Of a stretch of 64,000 nt of DNA, positions 38,452-51,451 are shown piece by piece; position 1 is the first letter of the stretch, and each line of letters starts with the position of its first letter. The DNA comes from Felis catus. Lineage: Eukaryota. The notes under the pieces are model-generated. The model was not told the origin of the DNA. It saw only the letters and a program-made list of their open reading frames with translations, and ran no database searches. The position numbers and the translations under genes are program-made. The stretch lies in contig NC_058368.1 in the NCBI RefSeq assembly GCF_018350175.1, forward strand, positions 92,072,001 through 92,136,000. The letters run 5' to 3'.

Positions 38452-39502
38452 TAAAGGGGTGAAAAATATATCACTCCTGGCGCACTTGCGTGGCTCAATT
38501 GGTTAAGCGTCCGACTTTGGCCTAAATCATGATCTCACCGTTCCCGAGTTCAAGCCCTGTGTGAGGTTCCGTGCTGACAGCTCAGAGCCTGGAGCCTGCT
38601 TCAGACTCTGTCTGTCTCTCTCTCTGCCTCTCCCCTGCTCGCACTCTGTCTCTCTCACTCAAAAATAAACATTAAAAAAAAACCATATATATATATATAT
38701 AATATATATATATATATCATCCCCAAATGTGCCTTTTTGGCATATTATTTCATGCTGGCCATTTTATAAAAGCTGATTATTTTTAAAAAAACAGCAGACA
38801 GTGGCAAAACTAAGTAGTTACCCATTTGACATTTACATTTATAAAGGAAATCTTCATTTGTTAGGGTGTCTCCCCTTAAGTACCAAAAAGAGGAAGATAT
38901 CTAAATCTTTAGAATCTTCAGTCAGTGGCTAAGGCCCGGGTTTAAATCTGCATCACAACTTTACTCTTGGGTCCTGTGCTTTTCCGTTAACTTCCCATAA
39001 CTGACTCCCACCACCAACATCCTTTGACTCTGGCTGAAGATGGTATTTAAGATGATGAGCTTTGGGGGCGCCTGGGTGGCTCAGTCGGTTAAGCGTCAGA
39101 CTTCAGCTCAGGTCACGATCTCGCGGTCCGTGAGTTTGAGCCCCGCGTCGGGCTCTGGGCTGATGGCTCGGAGCCTGGAGCCTGTTTCCGATTCTGTGTC
39201 TCCCTCTCTCTCTGCCCCTCCTCCGTTCATGCTCTGTCTCTCTCTGTCCCAAAAAATAAATAAATGTTAAAAAAAAAAAATTAAAAAAAAAAAAAAGATG
39301 ATGAGCTTGGGCCATGGTGGGGTCGGCAGTGTTACTCAATTTTCCCGGGTCTCCCCCTTGTGCACAGGAGTTATTAAACTTAAACAAAAAAAGTTATTAA
39401 ACTTTTGTATGCTTTTCTCCTGTGAATCGGTCTTACATCAATTTAATTATTAGACCAGGCAAAGAACGTAGAAGGGAAGAAGGAAACTTTTGCACCCCTA
39501 CA
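38452..39502 (+). mobile_element. Solo LTR, MER34-like (ERV1), with two inserted SINEs
   Basis: Start TAAAGGGGTGAAAAATAT...CCCCAAATGTGCC..TTTGGCATA and end ATTAAACTTTTGT...CCCCTACA resemble MER34. SINE 39064-39295 is flanked by the TSD AAGATGATGAGCTT. Confidence 0.7.
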
Positions 39503-41204
39503 CCACACTGTCCCTGTCCCCGCTGGCCCACCCCTAGCTAGTGGGTGATTCTCCTCCCTGTGGTCACACCCTGCTCATTCATCCAGGATCATATGAACGT
39601 CACCCATGAGACCCTCTCTGCAATCTCTCCACTGGACAGTGTTCCCTGCTCACTTCTTTGGCCACCCACAAAACTATATGTTACCAGCTATGTCCTTGGT
39701 GCATACACGCAGATGGATTCCCAGGGAGGTGTGTCCACTCTGCAGATGCTGGGGAAATGACAAGGAAAATTACCCTGGGGAGCTCCCAGGTGAATGAGGG
39801 CAGAGCTCCTGGGGAGGAGAGGCCCCTGAGCTAGGGCGTGGGCGGGGCTGAGAACAGGTTCCCCTACTGGGAAAACATTTGGCTGCCTATCCCTTGGCAG
39901 AGGCGTTTCCAGGACTGAGGGAGCTCAGGCACCCAGTCTGAGGGGGTGTGGCCCACCTTGAGCCTGTGGGTGCCTTCCTTCCTGGGAAAGGAAGTGAGTG
40001 GGGAGGGAAAGGGAGTGGAGCCAGATCCCTAACTGTCCCCAAGGCAGGTTCAAAGTGGTAGACTAGCATAAGTAGTGGGAAAACAGTGGAATTTTTAGAG
40101 CAAAGAAAGATCATGACCTGAGCCAAAGTTGGATGCTCAACTGAACCATCCAGGTGCCCCGATTTTTAAAATTAATTTATTTTATTTTATTTATTTTGAG
40201 AGAGAGAGAGAGAGTAAGAAGGGGAGGGGCAGAGAGAGAGGGAGAGAGAGAGAATCCCAAGCAGGCTCCACACTGTCAGTGTAGTGTCCGATGCAGGGCT
40301 CGAGCTCACAAACCGTGAGACTGTGACCTGAGCCGAAATCAAGAGTTGGACGCTCAACCTACTGAGCCACACAGTCGCCCCAAGGCAAAAAAGTTCTGTA
40401 ATGAGTTACTAGAATATAAGACCCATGAGGGGCAGGGATTCTGGTCAACTTGTTTTCAGAACAGCTGGTGACTACTGAATAAATAATTGTGTAAGGCACA
40501 AATGAGTGAGTGAGCGAATGAATGTGGTACAGAAAGGGATGGGCAGAGTCCAGGAAGGGACGTGAGGAGGTGTGGAAATACCAGGTCCCAGGTGAGGGTC
40601 TAGAGAGAGGGCAGGTTGGGGACTGGGTGATGGCCCAGTGGCTGGAGATTTAGAGGTGACTTTACAGCGTTTACTTTGAGGATTGGCCCCATCTTTACAG
40701 GAACTCTGCATGGGGTCTGGCCCAGAGCAGCTGCTCTCGAAGCTAGCTACTTCGAGCACGGGGTCTGCTCGAAGACAGAACCGCCTGGCTTGCCTTTGAC
40801 TCCAGCAGTCTGGAGGCTGGTCTGGAATTTCCTCCCCCAGAAACTCAGGCTTCTCACTGAAGTTCTTCCCAGTTTACTTAGAACCTTTGCAGACATTGCC
40901 TCATTTGATCCTTATCACAGCCCTGACGGGTGGGAGCCATTAGCTCCATTTTACAGAAGCAGAGGTTGTGTGACTTCACCAGGTAAGACATGGCGGACGT
41001 GGATCCAGACCCAGGTCTGCCGGCCTCCAAATCCCGGGTTCTTTCATCATTTAGCTGGAAAGGTAAGAGGAGCCGATGTGAAAGAGTGTTAAGATGGCAC
41101 GTGGAGTCAGTGCTAAGAGGGGGATTAATAGTAAGAGCTCCTGTTCATTGAGCATTTCCTGTGTATCTGGTACTGCTCCAAGTGCTTGACGTGAGTCACC
41201 TCAT

Positions 41205-41272
41205 TTTTCTTTTCTTTTCTTTTCTTTTCTTTTCTTTTCTTTTCTTTTCTTTTCTTTTCTTTTCTTTTCTTC
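41205..41272. repeat. (TTTTC)n pentanucleotide repeat
   Basis: Directly visible, adjoining the tail of a minus-strand SINE. Confidence 0.9.
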
Positions 41273-41484
41273 CTTCCTTTAAAAAAAATTTTTTTTTCTT
41301 AGAGCAAGCAGGGGAGGGGCAGAGAGAGAGAGAGAGAGAATCCTGAACAGGCTCCACACTGTCAGTTGAGAGCCTGACGTGAGACCCGAACTCACAAACT
41401 GTGAGATCATGACCGGAGCCAAAATCAAGAGTCAGACACCCAACCGACTGAGCCACCCAGACGCTCCTCGCCTCATTTACTTCT

Positions 41485-41704
41485 TTTTTTTTTTTTCAAC
41501 ATTTTTTATTTATTTTTGGGACAGAGAGAAACAGAGCATGAACGGGGGAGGGGCAGAGAGAGAGGGAGACACAGAATCGGAAACAGGCTCCAGGCTCCGA
41601 GCCATCAGCCCAGAGCCTGACGCGGGGCTCGAACTCACGGACCGCGAGATCGTGACCTGGCTGAAGTCAGACGCTTAACCGACTGCGCCACCCAGGCGCC
41701 CCCC
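41485..41704 (-). mobile_element. Young CpG-intact feline SINE
   Basis: CpGs retained (CGCGGGGCTCGAACTCACGGACCGCGAGATCGTG); TSD CCTCATTTACTTCTT on both sides. Confidence 0.92.
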
Positions 41705-42070
41705 TCATTTACTTCTTGAATGCTCTCTGGATTTGGTCCGTCATTACTTCCTTATTACAGATGTGGTATTGGCAAAATATAAGGGCTTTTGTCACTTGGG
41801 CTGACACTACCAGGGAAAGCCTCAGGAGGAGTTACGCCAAGCTGGGGTGAGACGTGGGTGGGTGAGGAGGAAGGCTCTCTGAGAGGAAGGACAGGTTAAG
41901 CAAAGGTATGGAGGAAAGGGCAGAAAGGACAGTTCTGTCACAAGATCAGAGAGGCCCAGGGGGCATGCTAGCTAAGTCTCTGGCCCGCCTGCTCTCTAGA
42001 AGGAGCCAGACTTAGCTGAATGAAGTCTGGCCACAGCAGGTCCTAGGGCAGGGGCTTGGGTGAAGGGGGT

Positions 42071-42996
42071 TGTGAGAAATAAGCCCACTGACCCAGTCAA
42101 AGGAGGGACACAGAGACCCGGAGCACAGTGAAGTGAGGCTTTAATTAGCGTTCTAGCAAGAGCAGGTGTCTGATGGACAGACACACTCTGGGCGGTTACA
42201 GCAAACAGTTTATCTCCTAGCATGAAGCCCCTCCCTTGCTTCTTCATTAGCTGAGGACTACCAGGTTACAGTCTTTCCCTGACGGAGGTCGCCTATGCCC
42301 ATGGAAGGCAAAGTAGAAGGGACACATACTCTCTTTGCTACAGCTACCCCCCCCCCCCCCCCGAGGTCACTTGCTTGGGCCTCACAGGCAGAGTTTACAA
42401 TGCTTGACTTGCCTAAACGGGAGCATGTTTGGAGTAGGGGCCAGACAGGCTAGTGATTTGAAGCCACGTCCAATGGAGCACTGGGGAATATTTACCCTGG
42501 GCGGGGGTGTGATCCTAACCTTCACGTTTATTTTAAATTTGTATTATTTTTTAAAGTTTGTTTATTTGTGTGTGTGTGTATTTTTTTTTTTTTTTTTTTT
42601 TACCGTTTATTCATTTTTGATAGAGACATAGTGCGAGCAGGGGAGGAGCAGAGAGCGAGGAGTTTCCAGGCTTTGAGCTGTCAGCACAGAGCCCCATGCA
42701 GGGCTCGAACCTATGAACCTTGAGATCATGACCTGAGCAGAAGTTGGACACTTAACTGACTGAGCCACCTAGGCGCCCCTATATGTATTTTTAATGTTTG
42801 TATTTTTGAGAGAAAGAGTGTGAGGCAGGGAGGGGCAGAGAGAGAGGGAGACACAGAATCCGAAGCAGGCTCCAGGCTCCAGGCTGTCAGTACAGAGCCT
42901 GATGCAGGGCTCGAACTCAAACTGTGAGATCATGACTGGACGCTTAACTGACTGAGCCAGCCAGGTGCCCCCTAAGTTTATTTATTTTTCAGAGAG

Positions 42997-43037
<41 letters not shown>

Positions 43038-43220
43038 ATGTGGGGGAGGAGCAGAAAGAGAGGGGGCAGAGGTTCCAAAGCAGGCTCCTTGCTGACAGCA
43101 GAGAGCCCAACGTGGGGCTCGAACTCATGAAGAGTGAGATTATGACCTGAGCCACCCAGGCGCCCCCTAACCTTCAGGTTTAAAGGGCAAAGATGGGGTG
43201 GGAGGTCGATTCTGTGATAC
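42071..43220 (-). mobile_element. Probable solo LTR containing a cluster of three SINEs
   Basis: TG terminus, minus-strand ATTAAA near 42141, LTR-like composition. The SINE cluster is bounded by CCTAACCTTCA(C/G)GTTTA at 42514-42530 and 43166-43182. Family and right boundary uncertain. Confidence 0.45.
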
Positions 43221-43972
43221 CCCAGGAAAAAAAATCCAGGACCAGTGAAGTGTGTGTGAGGGAGGTAAAAAGGAGAGGCAACAGGGAGGCGGATTTCAGC
43301 TCCGCCCAAGGCTGTCTCTTCTGAACATCATAACTGTTTCAAGATGTAACAGATAATGTCAGGAAGTGGCCACCTCCCTGGCACGAAGGTGGGGGGCAGT
43401 GTTTAGGCTGAGCCTGGGCAATGGCTTCTACCACTGTTCAGAGGGAATCCAAGTGCTGCGTGGGCAGGCCGAACTGCATGCCCTTTGTGGTTTCCTCCAG
43501 CCCTAGAGGGCTGGATTCTGTGCCCACAGACTGGATGCCAGGGTGAAGGAGCAGGAAGAGCTAAAAATGGCTTGTGCACTGCTGGCTTGGAAGCCTGCAA
43601 GGCGGCGGCAGCAGCTGCTGCAGGTACAAGCTGGGAACCGAGGATGAAACTGAGTAGCAGGAGGGGCAGAATGTTACGTTTTTGTGTGATGCTGCTTGAA
43701 AGGCAAGGACTGTAGAGGTCAGAGCAGTCAGGTCTTTTGACCTTTCCATGCCTCTCTGTGTCTTTCTTGGAAGAGTAGCCCTCAGACAGTGTTGTAAGAG
43801 GATTTAGATGGAAACACGCTGGTTGGAAGCCACTGGATAAAGGTGAGCGCCTCCCCCCCACCCCACGCACTGCCTGAGAGGCTTTACCTTTCCTGGAGGG
43901 AGTGTGCACAAGGTTCCTGCCCAGGTGGCCAGAAGCCTGACTTACTGATTTCCATCAGCAAGAGGGAAAGTC

Positions 43973-44053
43973 ATTTTATTTTATTTTATTTTATTTTATT
44001 TTATTTTATTTTATTTTATTTTATTTTATTTTATTTTATTATTTTATTTTATT
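43973..44053. repeat. (ATTTT)n pentanucleotide repeat
   Basis: Directly visible; see the inversion finding. Confidence 0.95.
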
Positions 44054-44269
44054 AAAATAAATCACAATATCACAGTTCCCTTTCCCATCCTGGAAGTTCA
44101 TTTACAGCAGCTTCCTCCAGGAAGCACTCCACACCCACTGTTCTGGTCTCCACCTTGTCTCTCTTGGATTGAGGGCTCAGCAGTCCAGGTTTGTGTCCGG
44201 GCATGAGGTGGCCCGGAGCTGGCAGGGCTCCTAGATGTCATCCAACAAGACTTTCCCTCTTGCAGATGG

Positions 44270-44723
44270 CCCAAATGTCTGTCAACTGACAAATGGATAA
44301 AGAGGTGGTGTGTGTGTATATATATATGAAGGAATATTACTCAGCGATGAAAAAGAATGAAATCTTGCCATTTGCAACAAAGTGGATGGAACCGGAGGGT
44401 ATTATGCTAAGTGAAATAAGTCAGTCAGAGAAAGATATGCTATGATTTCACTCATACGTGGAATTTGAGACACTGAACAGAAGACATGGGGGCAAGGAAG
44501 GAAAAATAAGATAAAAACAGAGGGAGGCAAACCATAAGTGACTCAAATACAGAGGACAGAATTTGGATTGAGGGGGTTAAATGGGTGCATTAAGGAGGAT
44601 GAGCACTGGGTGTCATACATAAGAGATGAATCACTGTGTTCTCCTGAAACCAAGACCACAGTGTATGTTAACTAATTTGAGAATAATAAATAAAATGAAA
44701 TAATGAAATAAGATAAAAATAAA
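44270..44723 (+). mobile_element. 5'-truncated L1 3' end (carnivore type) with A-rich tail
   Basis: CCCAAATGTC...GGAATATTACTCAGC...AAAAAGAATGAAATCTTGCCATTTGCAACAA...GTATTATGCTAAGTGAAATAAGTCAGTCAGAGAAAG is the L1 ORF2 end; it also matches the L1 at about 62.1-62.3 kb in this window. Confidence 0.88.
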
Positions 44724-44791
44724 AACAGTGGGTGTGGAGGGCTTCCTGGAGGAGGCTGCTGTAAATGAACTTCCAGGATGGGAAAGGGAAC

Positions 44792-45848
44792 TGTGATATT
44801 GTGATTTATTTATTTTTTTAAATTTATTCACTTTGAGAGAGAGAGGGAGGGAGAACAAGCAGGGGAGGGGCAGATAGAGAAGGAGAGAGAATCCCAACTC
44901 GGGGCTCTTATCTCGCCAGCTATGAGATCATGACCTGAATGGAAATCAAGATTGGCCGCACAACCGATTAAGCCACTCAGGTGTCCCTGTGATACTATGA
45001 TTTATAACAACAAATAAGTACTTGGTCTTCATCCCAGTTTCTGGCACCAAGCTCCTAAAACCCTTGGAATTTCCGAAGTGGTGAGAGCGGCAAAAGTGTC
45101 TTTTGTTATGTTAATGAGGTGACTTTGGGGACCCCCCCCCTCCATGGGGACTGGTTGCCTGGAGAACAAACCACGTGATTAGAGGGTTGGAAATTTCAGG
45201 CTCACCCCCTGCACTGAGAGGAGGGGAGAGGGACTGGAGACTGAACTGATCTCACCAGTGGTGGGCGATTTAATCATTCGTGCCTGTGCAGTAAAGCTCC
45301 ATAAACACCCAAAAGCATGGGGTTCCGAGAGCTTCCGGGTTGGTGAGCACGTGGAGACTTGGAGAGAGTGGCGCTCCTGGAGAGGGCCTGGAAGCCCCAC
45401 GCGTTGTCCCTGTACCCTGCCAGATGCATATCTTCCATCTGGCTGTTTCTGAGTTACAGCCTTTATAATAAACCGGTAATCTAGTAAGTAAAGTGTTTCT
45501 CTAGGTTCTGGGAGCCGCTCTAGCAAATTAATAAAACCCGTGGGAGGAGGTCACTGGAACTTACCATCCATAGCCAGTCAGTCGGAAGCACAGTAACCTG
45601 GATTTGCGATTGGCATCTGAAGGGGTGAGGTGGGGTGGGACAGAGGGGTGGCAGTCTTGTGGGGCTCAGCCCTTAACCTGTGGCGTCTGATGGTCTCTCC
45701 AGGTAGACAGCATCAGAATTGAGATGAATTGTCGGACACCCAGCTGGTGCCGGAAAAACACTTGGGGGTGGGGAAAACACCCGCACGTTGGAACTGGGGT
45801 GTAGAATCGGAGGAACACACTTCTCTGAGTTTCCCTCCTTTTCATAGT
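44792..45848 (+). mobile_element. Solo LTR, MER21-like, with a SINE inserted near its 5' end
   Basis: TGTGATATTGTGATTTAT start, GCTCCTAAAACCCTTGGAATTTCC, CACGTGATTAGAGGGTTGGAA, ATAATAAACCGGTAAT..GTAAGTAAAGTGTTTCTCT. Confidence 0.75.
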
Positions 45849-46329
45849 TTTGACATTGAATCGTGGAAAATGTTTTACATATCCAAAAAAAGTAAAGTTA
45901 AACCAGAAAAGAGAAAAAAGCAAACCTGAACTGGAATACGAATAGAAAAAAAAACAAACCTAATTATATATCAAATCAGTAACATTCCCGCACACACTGA
46001 AGAATCCTTGATTCCGGTACCCATTAACGGAGCATTCTCCAAGGATAAAAAGAACAGCTCTCAAACCCTGACCTTTGCTAAGGCTTGTTGTAGGAGTGGT
46101 TTGATGGCGTATTTCTGAAATAATTGTGTGTGTGCTGCAGGATACATGTACTTTCTTGCAGTTTTAAAGAAGGGTGTGATTTCCTTGAGCTCTCTGGGAC
46201 TGCTTCTAGCAAAGCAAACATTTTAATAAGTAGACACTTAGCAACTGACCTGTCAGCACTTGGGATCCAGACGGGCTGTGAAACCAGACTCCACCCCCAT
46301 CTCTGAGCGGTGATGAGTCACTGAGTGGA

Positions 46330-46345
46330 CAGCGCCCCCTGCAGG
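46330..46345 (-). promoter_or_regulatory. CTCF-like core motif (CCTGCAGGGGGCGCTG)
   Basis: Close match to the CTCF core consensus, in non-SINE sequence that retains CpGs. Confidence 0.6.
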
Positions 46346-49300
46346 ACACTGTTGGCCAAGAACGCGCCTTCCTTCAGCAGCCCTTGGATGTTAATTACAA
46401 TTTTTCCAACACCAAAACTTGGTGGGACCCTCTTCCTTCGCCTAGGTGTCACTGGAGGAGATCGACTGCGTTCATAGAGTCTGTCTTTCCCATGACTCAG
46501 TTATGGACCAGTGGAAAGGGCGGAGTTTACGAAGTCGGACGGAACGAAGTTAATACAACACAAACGGAGGTCTTAACCGTGGAGATAATGAAAAGGTGAG
46601 GATGAATTCGGATATGGGAATGGGAAGAGGCTTTCCCAACGTGGGTTAGGTTATAAAATCAAGGGGACAGAGCGTGGGAAAAGGGGGGGACGACAGTCTG
46701 GAGCGGCCAGGATGAACAGGGCGGCAGCTGTTCCTTGACCGTCACTGTTCATCGGTTAATGGCTATGATGGTCAGACGAAGCGCCTCTAAGCAGCAGGTG
46801 CGCGGGCAGACCTCCAAGGTGAGTGGTCAGCGGTGGGCCAGGTAAGGCCGTGTTAGTGTCCGGGTCTGCCAGACTCCAGAATTTGAGTTCGTTCCCCCGC
46901 TGGTTGACGGTAGCAAAGAGGGTCAGGCACTCCAGGACTTCCCGCCAGGGTAGGGAGGAGGTGGAGCTTCCTGGGCTCTGAGCCATTCTCTGCCTTTTCT
47001 TCACCAGATATCAGCTCGTAGGCAGGGAAGGGGGACTGAACGACCCCCCCCTGGGATGACTGACAGCCTCCAGCCACCTCCCACGGACTCCCTATCTCCA
47101 TCTCCTTGTGCCTGAAGCCCACAGCGATGCCCTTACGCAGGTGGACAGCAGCGGCTCAGGGGCTGGCGTGGGGTAGGTGCACAGTTCACCGCCAGGTGGC
47201 CGAAGGCTCTAGTTCAGAGCCTTACCTTGTTCAGCAGCAACTGTGCACCAACCTACTCAACACCCGCAATGAATGACATTTGAAGCTCAGAACCGTGCCA
47301 GACTGAGGGGCGTGCATGTGAAATGCATCTGCGTGGCTCTCTCCTTTATTTACTGCTTACTACTTGCCAGTCACTGTGCTAAGCACTTGGCAAGTATAAT
47401 GTGGAGGAGAGTTTTGAATTGTGTCACTGTGTTTTTTTTTCCCCCTCTGTCTTCCCTTGGCTGTGACCTCCCTGCCAAAGCCATCGTTTGCCTTGGTCTT
47501 GCTGCGGGAATGTAAAGCTTTTACTCCAGTTCAGATCTGAGAGCCAGCAGGGTTGGAAACAAGAAGGATTTTGTGAACTTTTTTAGTTCCCAGGCCTGGC
47601 AGATAAGCTCAGATGTCTTCAAACTAAGGGTACACAAACTTCTGGGGTGCACAGTCTTTCCAGGTGCAGGGGCTGGGAAAACCAGAAAACAGGTTTTACT
47701 AATTTATTGACTGATACACAGAATCTGAAAAAGAATCTTTTTAAAAAATAACTGATTTTTATTTTATTTTTTATTTTTTTAAGTTTACTTATTTTGAGAG
47801 CAAGAAAGTGAGCAGGGGAGGAGCAGAGAGAGAAGGAGAGAGAGAGAATTCCAAGCAGGCTCTGCACTGCCAGTGTGGGGCCTGATGCGGGGCTTGATCC
47901 CACCAACTGTGAGATCATGACCTGAGCTGAAATTAAGGGTCGGAAGCTCAACTGACTGAGCCACCCAGGTGCCCCTCCTTTTTTTTTTCAAGTGAGGTAT
48001 AATTTTTTTTAACTGAGGTATAATTGACATATAACATTATATTAGTTTCAGGTGTACAACATCATGATTTGGTATTTGTATATATTATGAAATGATCATC
48101 ACAATAAATCTAATTAACAGCCACCAGCATACATAATTGCAAACATATTTTTCTTGTGATGAAAACTTTTAAGATCTACTGTCTTCACCTCTCCTTTTGT
48201 CTAGAAATGCATTAGTCTCAGGGCACCTGGGTGGCTCAGCCGGTTAAGCAGCTGACTTCGGCTCAGGTTGTGATCTCAGAGTTTGTGAGTTTGAGCCCCG
48301 CACTGGGGCTTTGCACTGGCAGTGTGGAGCCTGCTTGGAATTCTCTCTCTCCCTCTCTCTCTCTGCCTCTCCCCTGATCACTCTCTCTGTCCCTCTCTCA
48401 AAATAAATAAATAAAAACTTAAAAAAAAAAAAGAATCATCCTTAGGTGGGGACAGCAGGTGCCTCTGAACAGCAGGCATAGTGGAGGTTAGGGATGCTGA
48501 GCAGGGAGCACGGTCTCTGGAAATATCAACCTTTTCAGGACAGTTGCAGTTGGCTGCAACTGACAGGTGATATTTCCATATTTCTTTTTTTTTTAAGCTT
48601 ATTTATTTATTTATCTCTACACTTGATGTGGAGTTCGAACTCATGACCCCAAGCTCAAGAGTCATGTGCTCTTCCAACTGAGCCAGCCAGGCACCCCAGT
48701 ATTTCCATATTTCTTTCAGATTATTTGTGGTATTCAAGAATGGAGTCTAACTTGTCATATCAAACCGCATAAAGTATTCTAATTACAGTCTTCATCTTAT
48801 AAAATGTTTCATAATCTATTTCTGTTATAAAAAAAAAGACTGCTAGCACCACATCTATTAGTTTTTAGCAGTATATGCCTCAATAAAAGATGTTTTTTAT
48901 GTTTAAGAATTACTCATCAAAATTTGTTTTTTCTGTTCTTTTGGTCAATTGTGTACTCATTCTGTTTGTACTGGTAATTCAATTCAGGAGACACGTTTAA
49001 CACTTAGGACTTACGGTTGGTAGGGAATAAAGTAAACTTCAAAATTTCAGTTTATATACTTTTTTGGTTCTAGCCAAGTATGATAAAGTGGTCGATAAAA
49101 GACTTTAAAGCCTAAAAATACATCCCCTTATGGCAAAGATGTACAGAGGATGTGGAATGGAAACATGGATTTAAGGAGAAAAAGGAAAAAGTGTAAAATT
49201 TCCAAATGTTGGAGAAGAGCTTGCTGGTGGATTTAAAAACCTGAAGATAGCAGGGAAGAAAGTGTTTTAATGTTTAGACTCCACTGGATACATTTAGAAG

Positions 49301-51083
49301 ACTTACATAACAGGGGCACCTGGGTGGCTCAGTCAGTTGAGCATCTGACTCTTGATCTCACTCAGTTCTTGATCTCAGGGTCATGAGTTCAAGCTCTGCA
49401 TTGGGCTCCACGCTGGGTGTGACGCCTACTTAAAAAAAAAAAAAAAAGACTTACATAATAGTTTTTTATGTTAAATATTAGTATTTACATCAGGTGGCAA
49501 ATTCCAACCCTTGTAATATTTTTAATGTTTTATTTATTTTTGAGAGAGCTAGACAGACAGAGCATGAGCCAAAAGAGGGGCAGAAAGAGAGGGAGACACA
49601 GAATCTGAAGCAGGCTCCAGGCCCTGAGCTGTCAGCACAGAGTCTGATGCAGGGCTCGAACTTATGCACTGCAAGATTATGACCTGAGCTGAAGTCAGAT
49701 GCCCAACTGACTAAGCCACCCAGGTGCCCCATGAGAATTTTTCAAATGTTTTTTTATTTTATTGTTACTAATTTTTGAGAGAGAGATTGAGCGGGCATGC
49801 AAGTAAGAGAGGGGCAGAAAGAGAGGAAGACAGAGGATCCGAAGCAGGCTCTGCACTGAGAGCTCAGAGTGTGACGTGGGGCTCGAACTCACGAACTGTG
49901 AGATCACAACCTGAGCCGAAGTCAGACGCTTAACTGACTGAGCCACCCAGGGGCCTGTCCCTTGCAATAATTTAAATATTTAGTGACTATTGTAGATGTC
50001 ATCTTCAAAATGTGCAAGGGTGTACACACAAGTTTTAAAAACTTCTTTTAGGGGCGATAGAAGTGGATCAGTCAGGATGCTCAAGGTATGCTGCATAACA
50101 AACAGTCCCAAAACCTTCATGCCTTGTAATAGCAGCAGCTTCTCCCTCACACTAAACACCAGCTGTGGGTTGGTGGGGGGTTGGTGGGGGCCCTGAGTTG
50201 TGGTGGGGAGCAACATGTTTTGCTCTTGTTCCCATCATGAATAGTCACACGGCCAAGTCAACCACAGGAACAGGAAGTATAATCCTGCCACATGCTAGGA
50301 GGCAGAGGGCTGGAAATACATGATGAACAGCCTTAGTGTTTTTTTTGTTTGTTTTTTAAAGTGTATTTATTTATTTTTTAGTAATCTCTACACCCAATGT
50401 GGGGCTTGAACTCATGACCCAAGAGTCACATGCTCTTCAAACTGAGCCACCAAGCACCCCTGTTTGTTTTTTAAATCTTTTTCTTTTTTCTCTTATTTTA
50501 CTATTTTAAAAATTATTTTTAAATTAAAAAAACTACTTTTCTAATTTTTTTTTTTTTGAAAGAGAGAGAATGAGAGTGGGAGGAACAGAGAGTGGGAAAC
50601 AGAGGATCCAAGGCTGGGCTCCCCTCTGCCCACACAGAGCCCAATGTGGGGCTCGAATTCATGAACCCTGAGATTATGACCTGAGCCAAAGTCGGGTGCC
50701 TCGCTGACTGAACCACCCAGGCGCCCCTATTATTTTTTTTAATGTCTCTGCTCAATGTGGGGCTCGAACTCATGACCCTGAGATCAAGAGTCGCATGCTC
50801 TACTGACTGAGCCAGCCAGGTGCCCTGAACAGCCTCAGTTTGGAGACCAATGGGCCAGATCATAAAGTTTCTTTCAGCATACAGAATGATCCCACTAAGG
50901 CCCTGAGCAGAAGGGACTATGGCAGAGGGAGGCCCAGGATGTCCCTTCCTCCTGCCACCACAAAATGAGGGAAGGACAAGAGAGTCACAGGCACATATTC
51001 CATTTGCTTCCTTTTCAGGGTGAAGCCACGATGGGGGAGGCCTGACAGATACATCCAGAGAGATTCAGGGGAGCAGTAGCAGG

Positions 51084-51451
51084 TGTCTGAGTCTGTTCGG
51101 GCTGCTGTGACAGAAAACCACAGACCGGGTGGTTTGTGAACAACAAATTGATTTCTCACAGCTCCGGAAGCTGGAAGTCTAAGATTAGGGTGTCAGCATG
51201 TTTGGGTTCTGGCGGGGGCCCTCCTCCAGGCTGCAGACGGCAGTCTTCTTGCTGTGTCCTCACGTGGCAGACAGGGCAGGGGAGCTCTCTGGGGTCTCTT
51301 TTGTAAGGGCACAGATCCCATTCGTGGGAGCTTCACCTTCAGACCCGATTACTGCCCAAAGAGCCCACCTCCTAATTTCATCACATTGGAAGTTAGGATT
51401 TCAACATACGAATGGGGGTGGGGGAAGGGCACTAATATTCTGTCCCTAACA
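51084..51451 (-). mobile_element. MLT1A-like MaLR solo LTR
   Basis: GGGCTGCTGTGACAGAAAACCACAGACCGGGTGG...TTTCTCACAGCTCCGGAAGCTGGAAGTC...CTGTGTCCTCACGTGGCAGA...TTAGGATTTCAACATACGAAT. Confidence 0.8.

Noticed and set aside
48440..50060. AT-rich segment that may be a DNA-transposon relic
   Set aside because: I could not identify terminal inverted repeats or a family with enough confidence; needs a Dfam search.
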